Shown: positions 1 to 9,188, counted from the stretch's first letter. The stretch: 64,000 nt of DNA from Sedimentisphaerales bacterium (GCA_963708075.1 OY970194.1:1088001-1152000); one strand, 5' to 3'. The notes: generated from the sequence alone by a model not told the origin. Translations and numbers: made by a program.

Positions 1-1
1 A

Positions 2-529
2 ATGAAGAAGCAGATCCTGCCATTGAAGGCGGTCCTCGTGGATGAAGGGCTGATCGTTCGCAGCTCCGGCGGACTCATCGCCGGCTTTGGCGTGCGACGG
101 GCCAAGGTGATTCCGGATGAGCGGGGCAGGCTCGGCGAGATCCTGCGGGCCGACGATCCGTGGTTTGAGAAATTCGGGCAGGTGTACTTTACGACGACTT
201 ATCCGGGCATCGTCAAGGCATGGCACTACCATCGCAAGCAGACGGATCACTTCTACGTTATCCGCGGCACGGTCAAGGTCGGCCTGTACGATGCGCGCGA
301 GGATTCGCCGTCGCGAGGCGCTGTCCACGAGATCTACCTGGGCGAGCACTGCCCCGGCCTGGTGCGCATCCCACCGGGCGTGCAGCATGGGTGGATGTGC
401 GTCAGTGACGTGGAGGCGTACATCGTGAATATCGTCTCCGAGTCCTACGACTACAAGAACCCCGATGAATTCCGGACGCATCCGCACGATAATGACATCC
501 CTTATGACTGGATGCGGCGGGATGGGTAA
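2..529 (+). CDS. rfbC: dTDP-4-dehydrorhamnose 3,5-epimerase family protein
   Basis: Cupin motifs DERG, KAWHYHRKQTD, IPPGVQHG; sits in an operon with rfbD and rfbB; start lies at the window edge. Confidence 0.85.
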   Translation: MKKQILPLKAVLVDEGLIVRSSGGLIAGFGVRRAKVIPDERGRLGEILRADDPWFEKFGQVYFTTTYPGIVKAWHYHRKQTDHFYVIRGTVKVGLYDAREDSPSRGAVHEIYLGEHCPGLVRIPPGVQHGWMCVSDVEAYIVNIVSESYDYKNPDEFRTHPHDNDIPYDWMRRDG

Positions 530-1364
530 ACGGAGCGTGGCGATTCTGGGGGGCAGGGGCATGCTCGGAAGCGATCTGGCGGAGGAGTGCGAACGCCGTG
601 GGTTCGAGGTCCGAGCCTGTGACCTTCCGGAGTGTGATATTCTCAATCGCGGGCAGGTCGCAGAGGCGGTCGATGCAGTGGATGCCATTATCAACTGTGC
701 CGCCTATACAAACGTGGATGGAGCGGAGAGCCAGAAGGAGCTGGCCCATCGCGTCAATGGCGAGGCGGTGGGGCAGTTGGGTCGCCTGGCGGCCGAGAGA
801 CACAAGTGGGTCCTTCATTTCAGCACGGATTTTGTCTTTGACGGCGAGTTGGACCGGCCTTACGTGGAAACCGATCCGCCGAATCCGATCAACGAGTATG
901 GCAGGAGCAAACTGGCCGGCGAGCGGCTCTTGGCGCAGAGCGGCTGCTCCCATTGCATCGTCCGCTTGGAGTGGACCTACGGAACGCATGGGAACAACTT
1001 CGTGAAGAAGATTATCGAGCGGGCCCGCACGAGCAGCCAACTGAAAGTGGTCAGTGACCAGGTCGGCTCGCCCACAGCGACAACGGAAGTGGCCGGGGTC
1101 GTCTGCAGGCTTCTGGAGCAGCGTGTGGAAGGCCTGTTCCATTTCGCCGGCAGCGGTTATGCCAGCCGCTTCGACGTGGCGAAGTTCATCGCGGAGCAGC
1201 TATCTCTCAATGTGGAGGTATTGCCCTGTTCCAGCTCCGAGTTCCAACTGCCTGCCCGGCGGCCGCTGAACAGCCGCTTCGATTGCCGCAAAATCCAGGC
1301 ACTGCTGAGTGAACCTATCAGGTCATGGCGGGAGTCCATGGCGCATTTTCTGAGGCAGCTATGA
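522..1364 (+). CDS. rfbD: dTDP-4-dehydrorhamnose reductase
   Basis: GGRGMLG, NCAAYTNVDGAE, STDFVFDG, YGRSK, DQVGSPT motifs; ATG at 522 overlaps the end of rfbC. Confidence 0.93.
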   Translation: MGKRSVAILGGRGMLGSDLAEECERRGFEVRACDLPECDILNRGQVAEAVDAVDAIINCAAYTNVDGAESQKELAHRVNGEAVGQLGRLAAERHKWVLHFSTDFVFDGELDRPYVETDPPNPINEYGRSKLAGERLLAQSGCSHCIVRLEWTYGTHGNNFVKKIIERARTSSQLKVVSDQVGSPTATTEVAGVVCRLLEQRVEGLFHFAGSGYASRFDVAKFIAEQLSLNVEVLPCSSSEFQLPARRPLNSRFDCRKIQALLSEPIRSWRESMAHFLRQL

Positions 1365-2374
1365 GAAACATCCTTGTGACGGGCGGCGCCGGCTTCATCG
1401 GGAGCAACTTCGTGCGGATGGTCCTCGCGGAGCATCCGGACTGTCACGTGGTCAACCTCGACAAGCTGACCTACGCCGGCAATCTCGAGAGCCTGGTGGA
1501 CGTGCTGGACAACAAGCGGCACCGATTCGTGCACGGCGATATCTGTGACGGCCCGCTCGTCGAGAAGATTATCAACGACTGTCGAATCGACGCCGTCATC
1601 AATTTCGCCGCCGAGAGTCACGTGGATCGCTCGATCACCGGCCCAAAGATCTTCATCGAGACCAATGTCACCGGCACGTTGACGCTATTGCAGGCCGCGC
1701 GCGACAAGAAGGTGGAACGTTTCATCCAGGTCTCCACCGACGAGGTCTACGGCTCCCTCGGCCCGCAGGGCAAGTTCACCGAGCAAAGCCCCTTGAGTCC
1801 GAACTCGCCCTATTCCGCGAGTAAGGCCGGGGCCGATCTCCTGGTAGGGGCCTTCGGTCATACCTGGGGCATCCGGTACAACATCACGCGATGCTCCAAC
1901 AACTACGGCCCGTACCAGTTCCCCGAAAAGCTCATCCCGCTGATGATCAACAACGCTCTCCACGACAAGGAACTGCCCGTCTACGGCGACGGCCTGTACG
2001 TCCGCGACTGGATCTACGTCTACGACCACTGCACGGCGATCTGGCAGGTGCTGGAGAAGGCCCCACCGGGCGAGATCTACAACATCGGCGGCTGCAACGA
2101 GAAGGCCAACCTCGAAGTGATCGAGATCATCCTCGAGCGGCTCCACAAACCGAAGACCCTGATCCGCCACGTGACGGACCGCCCGGGCCACGACCGCCGC
2201 TACGCCATCGAAGCCGGCAAGATCATCCACGACCTGGGTTGGAAGCCCTCGGTAACCTTCGAGCAGGGCATGGCCCGAACCATCGACTGGTACCTGGACA
2301 ACCAGCCCTGGCTCGCCCACGTCATCTCCGGCGACTACCAGAAGTACTACGAATCCATGTACGGCAACCGCTGA
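1361..2374 (+). CDS. rfbB: dTDP-glucose 4,6-dehydratase
   Basis: VTGGAGFIGSN, DKLTYAGN, AAESHVDRS, STDEVYG, YSASK, DRPGHDRRYA; ATGA overlap with rfbD. Confidence 0.96.
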   Translation: MRNILVTGGAGFIGSNFVRMVLAEHPDCHVVNLDKLTYAGNLESLVDVLDNKRHRFVHGDICDGPLVEKIINDCRIDAVINFAAESHVDRSITGPKIFIETNVTGTLTLLQAARDKKVERFIQVSTDEVYGSLGPQGKFTEQSPLSPNSPYSASKAGADLLVGAFGHTWGIRYNITRCSNNYGPYQFPEKLIPLMINNALHDKELPVYGDGLYVRDWIYVYDHCTAIWQVLEKAPPGEIYNIGGCNEKANLEVIEIILERLHKPKTLIRHVTDRPGHDRRYAIEAGKIIHDLGWKPSVTFEQGMARTIDWYLDNQPWLAHVISGDYQKYYESMYGNR

Positions 2375-2382
2375 GCCTCTTC

Positions 2383-2484
2383 GTAGGTCGTGCGTCCCCG
2401 CACGACCGGTCTGGGCCCTTGCAGTGGATTGGATATGATGCAAAGCCACGGCCCTGGAGGGACGAGCGAGGACGCTCATCCCAC
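2383..2484. repeat. Pair of GTAG-type REP palindromes in inverted orientation
   Basis: GTAGGTCGTGCGTCCCCGCACGACC at 2383-2407 and a reverse copy GGGACGAGCGAGGACGCTCATCCCAC at 2459-2484; same family at 9348-9418 and 42359-42460. Confidence 0.75.
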
Positions 2485-2625
2485 GTGGAGCCCCCCACAT
2501 CCGCCACCGAAAGCCGGCCGCACCCCGCATTCGTACGGAAGCCCTTTTTTCATGAGGCTCCCTTACTCCTTCCGTGATAAGGAGTTAAGAGAACAGAAAA
2601 TAGTGAGTCAATGTTTGAATTCCTG

Positions 2626-2654
2626 TTGACAGGAGGGAATGGTGAATATACCAT
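2626..2654 (+). promoter_or_regulatory. Putative sigma70 promoter for the HNH-AP2 gene
   Basis: TTGACA-N17-TACCAT in AT-rich context. Confidence 0.5.
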
Positions 2655-2667
2655 AACTGGAAGAAAG

Positions 2668-2818
2668 CTCGAAATTCGAATATCGAAACCCGAAACAGAC
2701 TCAAAATCTGAAGGCTTCGAGGACCGAAACGCTGTCGCTGGGCCTGGTGCCGCTTCGAATTTCGGGATTTGGGACCTTCGTGCTTGTTTCGAATTTCGAC
2801 ATTCGGGTTTCGTATTTC
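2668..2818. repeat. Inverted pair of 7-nt-periodic CGAAAYY tracts
   Basis: cgaaattcgaatatcgaaacccgaaac followed by its imperfect inverse gtttcgaatttcgacattcgggtttcgtatttc. Confidence 0.65.
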
Positions 2819-2870
2819 CCGTCCTGCGGGTGTTTCGTGCTTCGGATCTTCTTTTGAAAAGGGGAGAACC

Positions 2871-3767
2871 ATGAAGAAGGTTGCGAGAGACAAGAAGAGC
2901 AGGACCACGGCCCCAGTTAGCCGGAAGCGGACCGGCCGTGTGCCGCCGCCGGAGAGCGAGTTGTGGCCCCTGTGGTGCCGTGGCAAGCTCTGGACGCGCG
3001 AGGCGGCCCGATGGTTTGCGGGTCGCTGCCAGTTGTGCGCGTACGCCTGTCGGCCGCCCGAGAGCCGCCGCCGGCTGGACAAGCTGGCTGCGTTGCCGAC
3101 CTTTCTGATCTGCACGAATCACCCGGCCAGTCCCGGCCGGATGCGCGAGGTTATGCCCACGGAGAAGTGCCGGAACTTCATGGCCCAGCGCTGGCGACTG
3201 CCGAGAGTCAAATCGCCCCAAAGGATGCCGCATCCGCAGGCCTGTGGACCCAAAGGCAAGGTCCGACACATCCCGTTAGGTCATGGCCTGTTCGCCACCG
3301 TCGATGCCGCGGACTACAAGTGGCTCAGCAAATACAAGTGGTCCGCCGTCAACATGTACGACCATATCTACGCAATCCGCCACGGCGACAGGCATCGGAC
3401 GGTGTACATGCATCGCGAAGTCGCGCACGCCACCAAGGGCTCCGTCGTGGACCACGCCGACCACAATACCTTGAACAACCGCCAGTGCAACGTCCGCCCC
3501 TGCACCCAGGCGCAGAACTCCGCCAACGCACGACCTCGCGGCGGGATCTCCGGATACGTGGGCGTCCACAAGAACGGGACAAAATGGGTTGCAGTGATCA
3601 CGTGCCGGGGCAAGAGCTACTATCTCGGGCGATTTGCCGATCCCGTCGAGGCCGCCAAGGCCCGCGACCGCATGGCCTACAAGCTCCACGGACCCTTCGC
3701 CTACCTCAACTTCCCGGAAGATTTCCCCGAACGCCGACACAAGCGGTCCTCGAAGAGGAAGGGTTGA
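2871..3767 (+). CDS. HNH endonuclease with C-terminal AP2 DNA-binding domain and Cys-rich N-terminus
   Basis: VVDHADHNTLNNRQCNVRPCTQAQN (HNH); SGYVGV..KWVAVI..YLGRF..PVEAAKARD..HGPFAYLNFP (AP2); RBS GGGGAG. Confidence 0.85.
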   Translation: MKKVARDKKSRTTAPVSRKRTGRVPPPESELWPLWCRGKLWTREAARWFAGRCQLCAYACRPPESRRRLDKLAALPTFLICTNHPASPGRMREVMPTEKCRNFMAQRWRLPRVKSPQRMPHPQACGPKGKVRHIPLGHGLFATVDAADYKWLSKYKWSAVNMYDHIYAIRHGDRHRTVYMHREVAHATKGSVVDHADHNTLNNRQCNVRPCTQAQNSANARPRGGISGYVGVHKNGTKWVAVITCRGKSYYLGRFADPVEAAKARDRMAYKLHGPFAYLNFPEDFPERRHKRSSKRKG

Positions 3768-3854
3768 GGGTCGATGGGCATAAGCATTCGGCGTGGCCAG
3801 ATTGCGGGATTGGCCGATTGCCACAGGGCCAGACCTGTCGTATCGTATAATCGT

Positions 3855-3961
3855 GAGAGTAAGAGAGCTGTAGTTCGTCACGCCGCGAAAGCGGCGGTCG
3901 ATGAACGAAACGATCTTGCTTTCCAAGCACCAGGTGGTTCGCCACTTGGTGCTCTTTTTTT
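3855..3961 (+). ncRNA. Candidate small structured ncRNA of unknown family
   Basis: Upstream TTGCCA-N17-TATCGT plus TATAAT; long nested stem closed by a GAAA tetraloop; ends in a UUCG-loop terminator with T7. Confidence 0.5.
3926..3961 (+). terminator. Intrinsic terminator
   Basis: AGCACCAGGTGG-TTCG-CCACTTGGTGCT then CTTTTTTT. Confidence 0.8.
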
Positions 3962-3988
3962 ATGTACGCACTGTCCGCAGCCCAGACG

Positions 3989-4085
3989 GCCGCAAGGCCC
4001 GCGAACTCAACAATCCCTATGCTTACCTCAGCTTCCCAGAGGATTGCCCCCACCACCGCAAGCGGTCCCAAAAACAGGAAAGGCC
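3989..4085 (+). repeat. Degenerate copy of the 3' end of the HNH-AP2 gene
   Basis: Translates as RKARELNNPYAYLSFPED; the intact gene reads RMAYKLHGPFAYLNFPED. Confidence 0.75.
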
Positions 4086-4285
4086 AGGCGCAAGTGTCCT
4101 TGGTTCTCCATTCGGGGGCGGCGCTAGGTTGCGGTACAACCTAGCGCGTGTTGAGGACGGCGCTAGGTGGTAATACCACATAGTGGATGTGACAGCAGGG
4201 ATAAGCGCAGCCGCCACGTCTTTCTCGGGTACCTGTCCGCGCCGTAGCTGATTCCCCACACGCCCCAGCGCAGGCGCCATCCACC

Positions 4286-4395
4286 CCGGCCAAGGCCAGC
4301 GACCGCAAGGCCCTACGCCCTCCACAGCCCCTACGCCTACCTCAACTTCCCAGAGGATTTCCCCCAGCGACGCAAGGCAGCCTCGAAATAGAGAG
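4286..4395 (+). repeat. Second degenerate copy of the 3' end of the HNH-AP2 gene
   Basis: gccaaggccagcgaccgcaaggcc...gcctacctcaacttcccagaggatttcccc; its 17-nt core is identical to 3699-3715. Confidence 0.8.
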
Positions 4396-4464
4396 GGCCA
4401 GAGTCAGGTTAGGCCCCGTCCTGTCTGGGCCCGCGAGAATAATGAGTAATGTAGATACGGCCCC

Positions 4465-5715
4465 TCATGTCCCACTGCGGGCGGGTTTCTTAAACGAAAG
4501 GACTACCTCGCTCCGCATTCGCGTGTTCAGTGTGGCCGTGTCGCCTGATGCGGATGGTGGGGGAAGGTATCGACGATTGGCAGGGAGCGTGCGCACGCTT
4601 CGGCTCTCCAGAGTGAGCCCGAATCGCTCCGCAACAGCAGACACAATCACTGAGTTGGGAATATATGTCCCGCGGACAGTGTTCTCTCCGACTACGTATA
4701 CAGCCCTGCCGGCCGGCCTGAGTACGCGCGCAGCCTCATGCACTGTACGGCACATGTCTCTAATGTATCGCACAAGTATGCCTTTGTCTCGCGGACCTAA
4801 CTCCCGTACGACTTTCAGTTTCTCAACCAGACGGCTGACTTCTGGGCCCTGCTGGCTGGCAGTCTCGCCAACCTCAGATCCAATGCTTCTGCTACGTAGA
4901 CGGCGAAGGTCACTAATCCCATGCCCCATCCAGACAAGCGAGAACTTACTGCAGCGCATGTAGTCGATTGCGTTCAGGTAAGGCGGCGATGTTACAACCA
5001 GATCGATTGAAGCGTCATCCAGCGGGAGAGTGCGCGCATCACCCTCATAGACCTGAGTCGAAGGACCGCGTTTTCTGCTATTCCCATCAATGCAGTTTTC
5101 GACCACGCGATTTACAGATGCGAGAAACTTACGGAAGGGCTTAGACGGCGCATGGTCGAAGCATTTGTGCGGGCGGCTATGCGACAGATCCATTGCCAAT
5201 GAAGCACCAGCCTGCTTGCTGATGATTAGGCGAGAGAAAGCGCACCAGAGAACATCGCGGACTTTGTGATCGCGTATACGGTTGATTGCGACTGCTAACG
5301 AGGAAAGCTGCCGTCTGGCATAGCCATCGAACCAGTATGCGACGAAATGCCGGGTTTCATCATCCGCATGTATGGGATAAGCATCTCGCGTGGCCAGGGT
5401 CACAAAGATCCGTTTGGCGCGATGCAAGACCTCCAGTGCCCTTTCGCGGACCCTTGATGCGTCGACGGGTGTCGTCCAAACCTTGGAGATAAGGACAGCA
5501 AGGGGATCGATATCTATCCCAATAGCCCAATGTCCTTTGGAGCGAGCTACTGCAAGTACGGTCCCCGAACCCATCATTGGATCGAGCACCCTGAGCGGCT
5601 TCTCAGCGTCTGCAATTGCGTCGAGAGCGATCCCCGGCGCCATGCGTGCGGGGAAAGGATGGACGGATTCACGTCCAAGTATCTCGTAGATTGTCTTCTT
5701 GTGTGATTGCACCAT
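4465..5715 (-). CDS. DNA methyltransferase, SPPY type (probably N4-cytosine)
   Basis: HPFPARM, DPMMGSGT (SAM binding), DLVVTSPPY (catalytic), RVLRPAG; an alternative TTG start at 5769 overlaps the upstream stop. Confidence 0.85.
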   Translation of the reverse strand: MVQSHKKTIYEILGRESVHPFPARMAPGIALDAIADAEKPLRVLDPMMGSGTVLAVARSKGHWAIGIDIDPLAVLISKVWTTPVDASRVRERALEVLHRAKRIFVTLATRDAYPIHADDETRHFVAYWFDGYARRQLSSLAVAINRIRDHKVRDVLWCAFSRLIISKQAGASLAMDLSHSRPHKCFDHAPSKPFRKFLASVNRVVENCIDGNSRKRGPSTQVYEGDARTLPLDDASIDLVVTSPPYLNAIDYMRCSKFSLVWMGHGISDLRRLRSRSIGSEVGETASQQGPEVSRLVEKLKVVRELGPRDKGILVRYIRDMCRTVHEAARVLRPAGRAVYVVGENTVRGTYIPNSVIVSAVAERFGLTLESRSVRTLPANRRYLPPPSASGDTATLNTRMRSEVVLSFKKPARSGT

Positions 5716-5765
5716 TGGTTCAGCCTCGAGCATCCTGGACAACGTCCGCCGGAGGATGCGTCGGC

Positions 5766-8318
5766 TCAAGATACATCGTCCGAATACTCTCTCGTAGCGG
5801 CCTCAATTGCGTCGATGACATTGGTAGCACTCTGATCTAGTTCCACACTTTCAGAACTCGCGAATATCGCGCCAGGAGCCATTTGTGCCATGGCCTTGCA
5901 CAAATCAATGAGCGTGTCGTCCGTCTCATACTTGATTGGTGGCGTCCGATGCGAAAGCTCGACCCTCAGAGCTGCATACTTGACACCGCTGCTCTTGTAT
6001 TCTTTCTGGAGGTACTCAATGGTCTCCACAATCGCTTTATAGGGCGTCTTCTTAACCTTTGTCTCCTTGATGGCCTGGACCCATGCCGCACTCTCGTTGG
6101 GCAACTGACAGTTGAGCAGGAGGTCCCTTATCTTCACTAGGCCAATCTGCTTGATTGGACGAAGCTTGACAAGCTCGGCAAGGTCGTCGATCGTGATCAA
6201 TGTGATAGTTTTGGGCCCACCTATTTTCTCCGTTTTCATGCGATCATCGGCGATTTCCTTCGCCAGCGCCGATGCTCCACCTTTGGAAGTGGGAAAATCA
6301 CGTCCCACCACGAGTGCGTGTTGGCACCTATAAGCATCCCGCTGGCGGACGATTGCTGAAACGCCCACTGTGTGAGCGGCCACTTTTCCCTTGTCAGCCT
6401 TCTTGCTCTTGGCTTCGAGGCTTACCGCATATTGGCGTGCTCTGCCCTTGTCATCTGCTGAAAGGTATGCTGTCGCGACACCATCTGGCTTACCGGGGCC
6501 CCCGATTGGCGTCACCTCGAACCCAAGACTTCTAAACGCGCTACATAGTCTGTCCTCCAGCGCATCGGCATCATTCCTCGCGTTCCGAAGCTCGAGCGAG
6601 ATGGCAAAGGCACTTTTACGTCCTGACTCATTGGCAAGATTGCGGAGCAGTTGATCCCGCAGAGTAAGGAAATCATCGATCAGGTCGCCCTTGACCCCGA
6701 TGGAGTGGAGGTGGGCCTCGGTGAGGACCTCAGCCATGGCAAGCAGTTCGAGCGGCTGACCTGCAGCCTTGCTTGCGAATTCATCGTGAAAAGTGGCGAC
6801 AAATGGGTGCCACGCATTGATTCGGAGGTAACCTGTCACCGTATCATACCGCGCAATGCCGTCGACGGGCGAGCCTTCGTAGTCAATCGTCAGACCGCTT
6901 ACGAACTTGTCTGCCTCAGCCGCGCGCCCCTCAAGGAGGCCCAAAAACGCATCACGTTCGACGGCTGATTCAAGATCCGGCACAATGAGGTAGCGGGACT
7001 TGCGCTGTCCCTTAAGTACGGCCCGAGCGAGATTGACAATTGGACTTCGCGAGAGGCTCGCGGGACTCGCAGACAACTTGCGAGCCAGCCTTGCGCCTGG
7101 CTCCTCCTCCTGATCGTACTTCTCGATTGTGGGGCGCACGGCGTTGAAGATGGCTCGGAGCACGTTCTGTGCAGTAGTGAGGAGTGGGCCTTCACTTATT
7201 GCCTCACGGTTCGACCGCAGTCCCTCATCGAGTCCGTCCATATAGACCACGAGTCGGAATCGTCCAAATGTGCCATGGCGGAGTTCATCGGGTGATATTC
7301 CAAAGTGGCCATCAACCACGTTCAGAAGTCGCCCGAACACGTAAACGAAGAAACCATAGCTGCGCCCCAGTTCGTCCGACTTTCCGGTCAACAGGTCCTT
7401 ATATGCCTCGGCATAGCCCGTGATACGTCCAAGGCCAGGAATATCGAGGCCGAATCGATGGTCGCTGGCCTTGTCAGCGTTCAAGTCCTCCGATGCCGAT
7501 ACTCCCTTGGGGCTTGGCTTGGGCGGCTGAATCAAGTCCCTGCCGAGAACCCATCGCTTTAACAATCCCTTGTCGTGCTTGCTCGGGACCAGTTTCTTTC
7601 CGTTTAGCCAGACGGCAAAATCCGGTCGCAAGGGCAATGCAGTCCGGAGTACCCATTCGAGCACGCCTGGCTTGATCTCGTGCACCTTAGGTTTGAGCGA
7701 CGACATTACCGCAATCGTCCACGAATCTGGCGATTTTTTGCCGAAGAGAACCATGTCCGCAGCCTTGAAAGCGCCAGAGCCTGTCCACGCCTTGGTCACA
7801 CGTTTCGCCTCCTCTTCGCTCAGTTGCCTCAGGGCGATCTTAATAGGAGTTGTAGGGCCTACTTCCTTTCCAACTTGCCCTTCAATTGCCGTATAGTCCA
7901 TCGACGTGGAGTAGTACTTTCCATCTCGCTTGCTGATATGAGTGAGCCGCTCAGACAGGACGTAGGTGGCCAATTTGCCGATGCCGAACTTGCCAATCTG
8001 TTGTCGGCCGCGCGGGAGTGAATCCAATTGGCGTTTATTGCTGATGCCGATCAGCCAGTGTTGCTTGAGCCCAACGACGTCCATTCCTTCGCCATCGTCG
8101 ATTACGGTGATCGTCGCATCTTGTGCGTGCATGTTTGGGGACAGAAGTAGCACCACTCGCTGCGCACCTGCATCGAAAGAGTTGGCTACCAATTCCTCAA
8201 TAGCCTTGTTTGGGCTGGCGTAAAGCCCCTCCGAGAACAAGTCGATGATCCTGTAACTCAGGAGCACATCAATGGTATCAATCGACTTGCCGATGGATAC
8301 AAAACCGGGTTCTTTCAC
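5766..8318 (-). CDS. GHKL/MORC-type ATPase fused to a C-terminal PD-(D/E)xK nuclease
   Basis: ELVANSFDA, DDGEGM, GKFGIGK (GHKL boxes); LRSNRE and INAWHP; LGFEVTPIGGPGKPDG...LEAKS nuclease motif; GTG start. Confidence 0.8.
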   Translation of the reverse strand: MKEPGFVSIGKSIDTIDVLLSYRIIDLFSEGLYASPNKAIEELVANSFDAGAQRVVLLLSPNMHAQDATITVIDDGEGMDVVGLKQHWLIGISNKRQLDSLPRGRQQIGKFGIGKLATYVLSERLTHISKRDGKYYSTSMDYTAIEGQVGKEVGPTTPIKIALRQLSEEEAKRVTKAWTGSGAFKAADMVLFGKKSPDSWTIAVMSSLKPKVHEIKPGVLEWVLRTALPLRPDFAVWLNGKKLVPSKHDKGLLKRWVLGRDLIQPPKPSPKGVSASEDLNADKASDHRFGLDIPGLGRITGYAEAYKDLLTGKSDELGRSYGFFVYVFGRLLNVVDGHFGISPDELRHGTFGRFRLVVYMDGLDEGLRSNREAISEGPLLTTAQNVLRAIFNAVRPTIEKYDQEEEPGARLARKLSASPASLSRSPIVNLARAVLKGQRKSRYLIVPDLESAVERDAFLGLLEGRAAEADKFVSGLTIDYEGSPVDGIARYDTVTGYLRINAWHPFVATFHDEFASKAAGQPLELLAMAEVLTEAHLHSIGVKGDLIDDFLTLRDQLLRNLANESGRKSAFAISLELRNARNDADALEDRLCSAFRSLGFEVTPIGGPGKPDGVATAYLSADDKGRARQYAVSLEAKSKKADKGKVAAHTVGVSAIVRQRDAYRCQHALVVGRDFPTSKGGASALAKEIADDRMKTEKIGGPKTITLITIDDLAELVKLRPIKQIGLVKIRDLLLNCQLPNESAAWVQAIKETKVKKTPYKAIVETIEYLQKEYKSSGVKYAALRVELSHRTPPIKYETDDTLIDLCKAMAQMAPGAIFASSESVELDQSATNVIDAIEAATREYSDDVS

Positions 8319-8613
8319 AACAGTACCTCGTCTTGGACGATTTACTCCTCACTGATTCAAAGCTCTTACCAACCCGCATACGTCTGATAATTCTGTTCAA
8401 CGTACCGGTCCCTGCGACGTCGGTCCACAGCATATACTGCTCCCCTCAGGAGGTCAACTGACTTATTCGTGCGGAGTCCGATGGTAGTATGGGGGGCAGG
8501 TCCATCGTCTGCGTCAGGACCACGCGGAGAGAAACGATGGGAATGACGCACGCGGCCGGCGTGCCGAATGGGTGATCTCACGTCAGCGGTGAAAACGGAA
8601 AGGGGCCCTCTGC

Positions 8614-8979
8614 CTATCGGCTTTGATATACCACATGGAGACGGGTGGCGGCGGAGTGGAGGGGGCGGTCGAGGGTCCAGAGGGGCAGGTTGGCGAGTTG
8701 GGCGGAGGCGAGCAGGTGGATGTCGATATAGCCCAACCCCAGGCCCATCAGATGGTTCGACTCGATGAAATGCAGGACCTCTTCGTGGGCAGCGACCGGA
8801 CAGGTGCACAGGGTTTGAAGCAGGTCGAGGATTTCGTGGCGGTTCTTCAGGTTCCCGCAGGCCAATTCGCCCAACACAAAGGGATGACAAACAACGGCGG
8901 CCGCTTCGAGTTGGGCGGCCAACTCGGGCAGACCCCGGCGGAAGTGCTCCACCCAGACGGAGGTATCGACCAGGACCAT
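8614..8979 (-). CDS. vapC: VapC PIN-domain toxin
   Basis: MVLVDTSVW, ELACG, YIDIHLLASA, WTLD. Confidence 0.9.
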   Translation of the reverse strand: MVLVDTSVWVEHFRRGLPELAAQLEAAAVVCHPFVLGELACGNLKNRHEILDLLQTLCTCPVAAHEEVLHFIESNHLMGLGLGYIDIHLLASAQLANLPLWTLDRPLHSAATRLHVVYQSR

Positions 8980-8983
8980 TCTC

Positions 8984-9178
8984 TTACTTCCATGCCCGGC
9001 GCCGGCGGGGCCGCTTCAGTTGCTTCTCCGTGCCGCCGAGTTTTGCCAAGCGTTCTGCGCTTTTCTGCGCGATCAAGGCCTCCAGGCCCATGCGCACGAG
9101 CGAGGTCCGCTCCTCGACGCCCGTCAGCTTGGACGCCTTGGCAACGAGCTTATCATCTACGTTCAATGTCGTTCTCAT
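8984..9178 (-). CDS. vapB: VapB antitoxin
   Basis: MRTTLNVDDKLV ribbon-helix-helix-type start; lies directly upstream of vapC. Confidence 0.88.
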   Translation of the reverse strand: MRTTLNVDDKLVAKASKLTGVEERTSLVRMGLEALIAQKSAERLAKLGGTEKQLKRPRRRRAWK

Positions 9179-9188
9179 ACACGTGCTC

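Noticed and set aside
3650..4400. Diversity-generating retroelement TR/VR pair formed by the AP2-end repeats
   Set aside because: Differences are not confined to adenines and include indels; there is no reverse transcriptase in the window.
3650..4400. CRISPR array
   Set aside because: The repeats are ~100-nt degenerate coding fragments with spacers over 200 nt; no cas genes are present.
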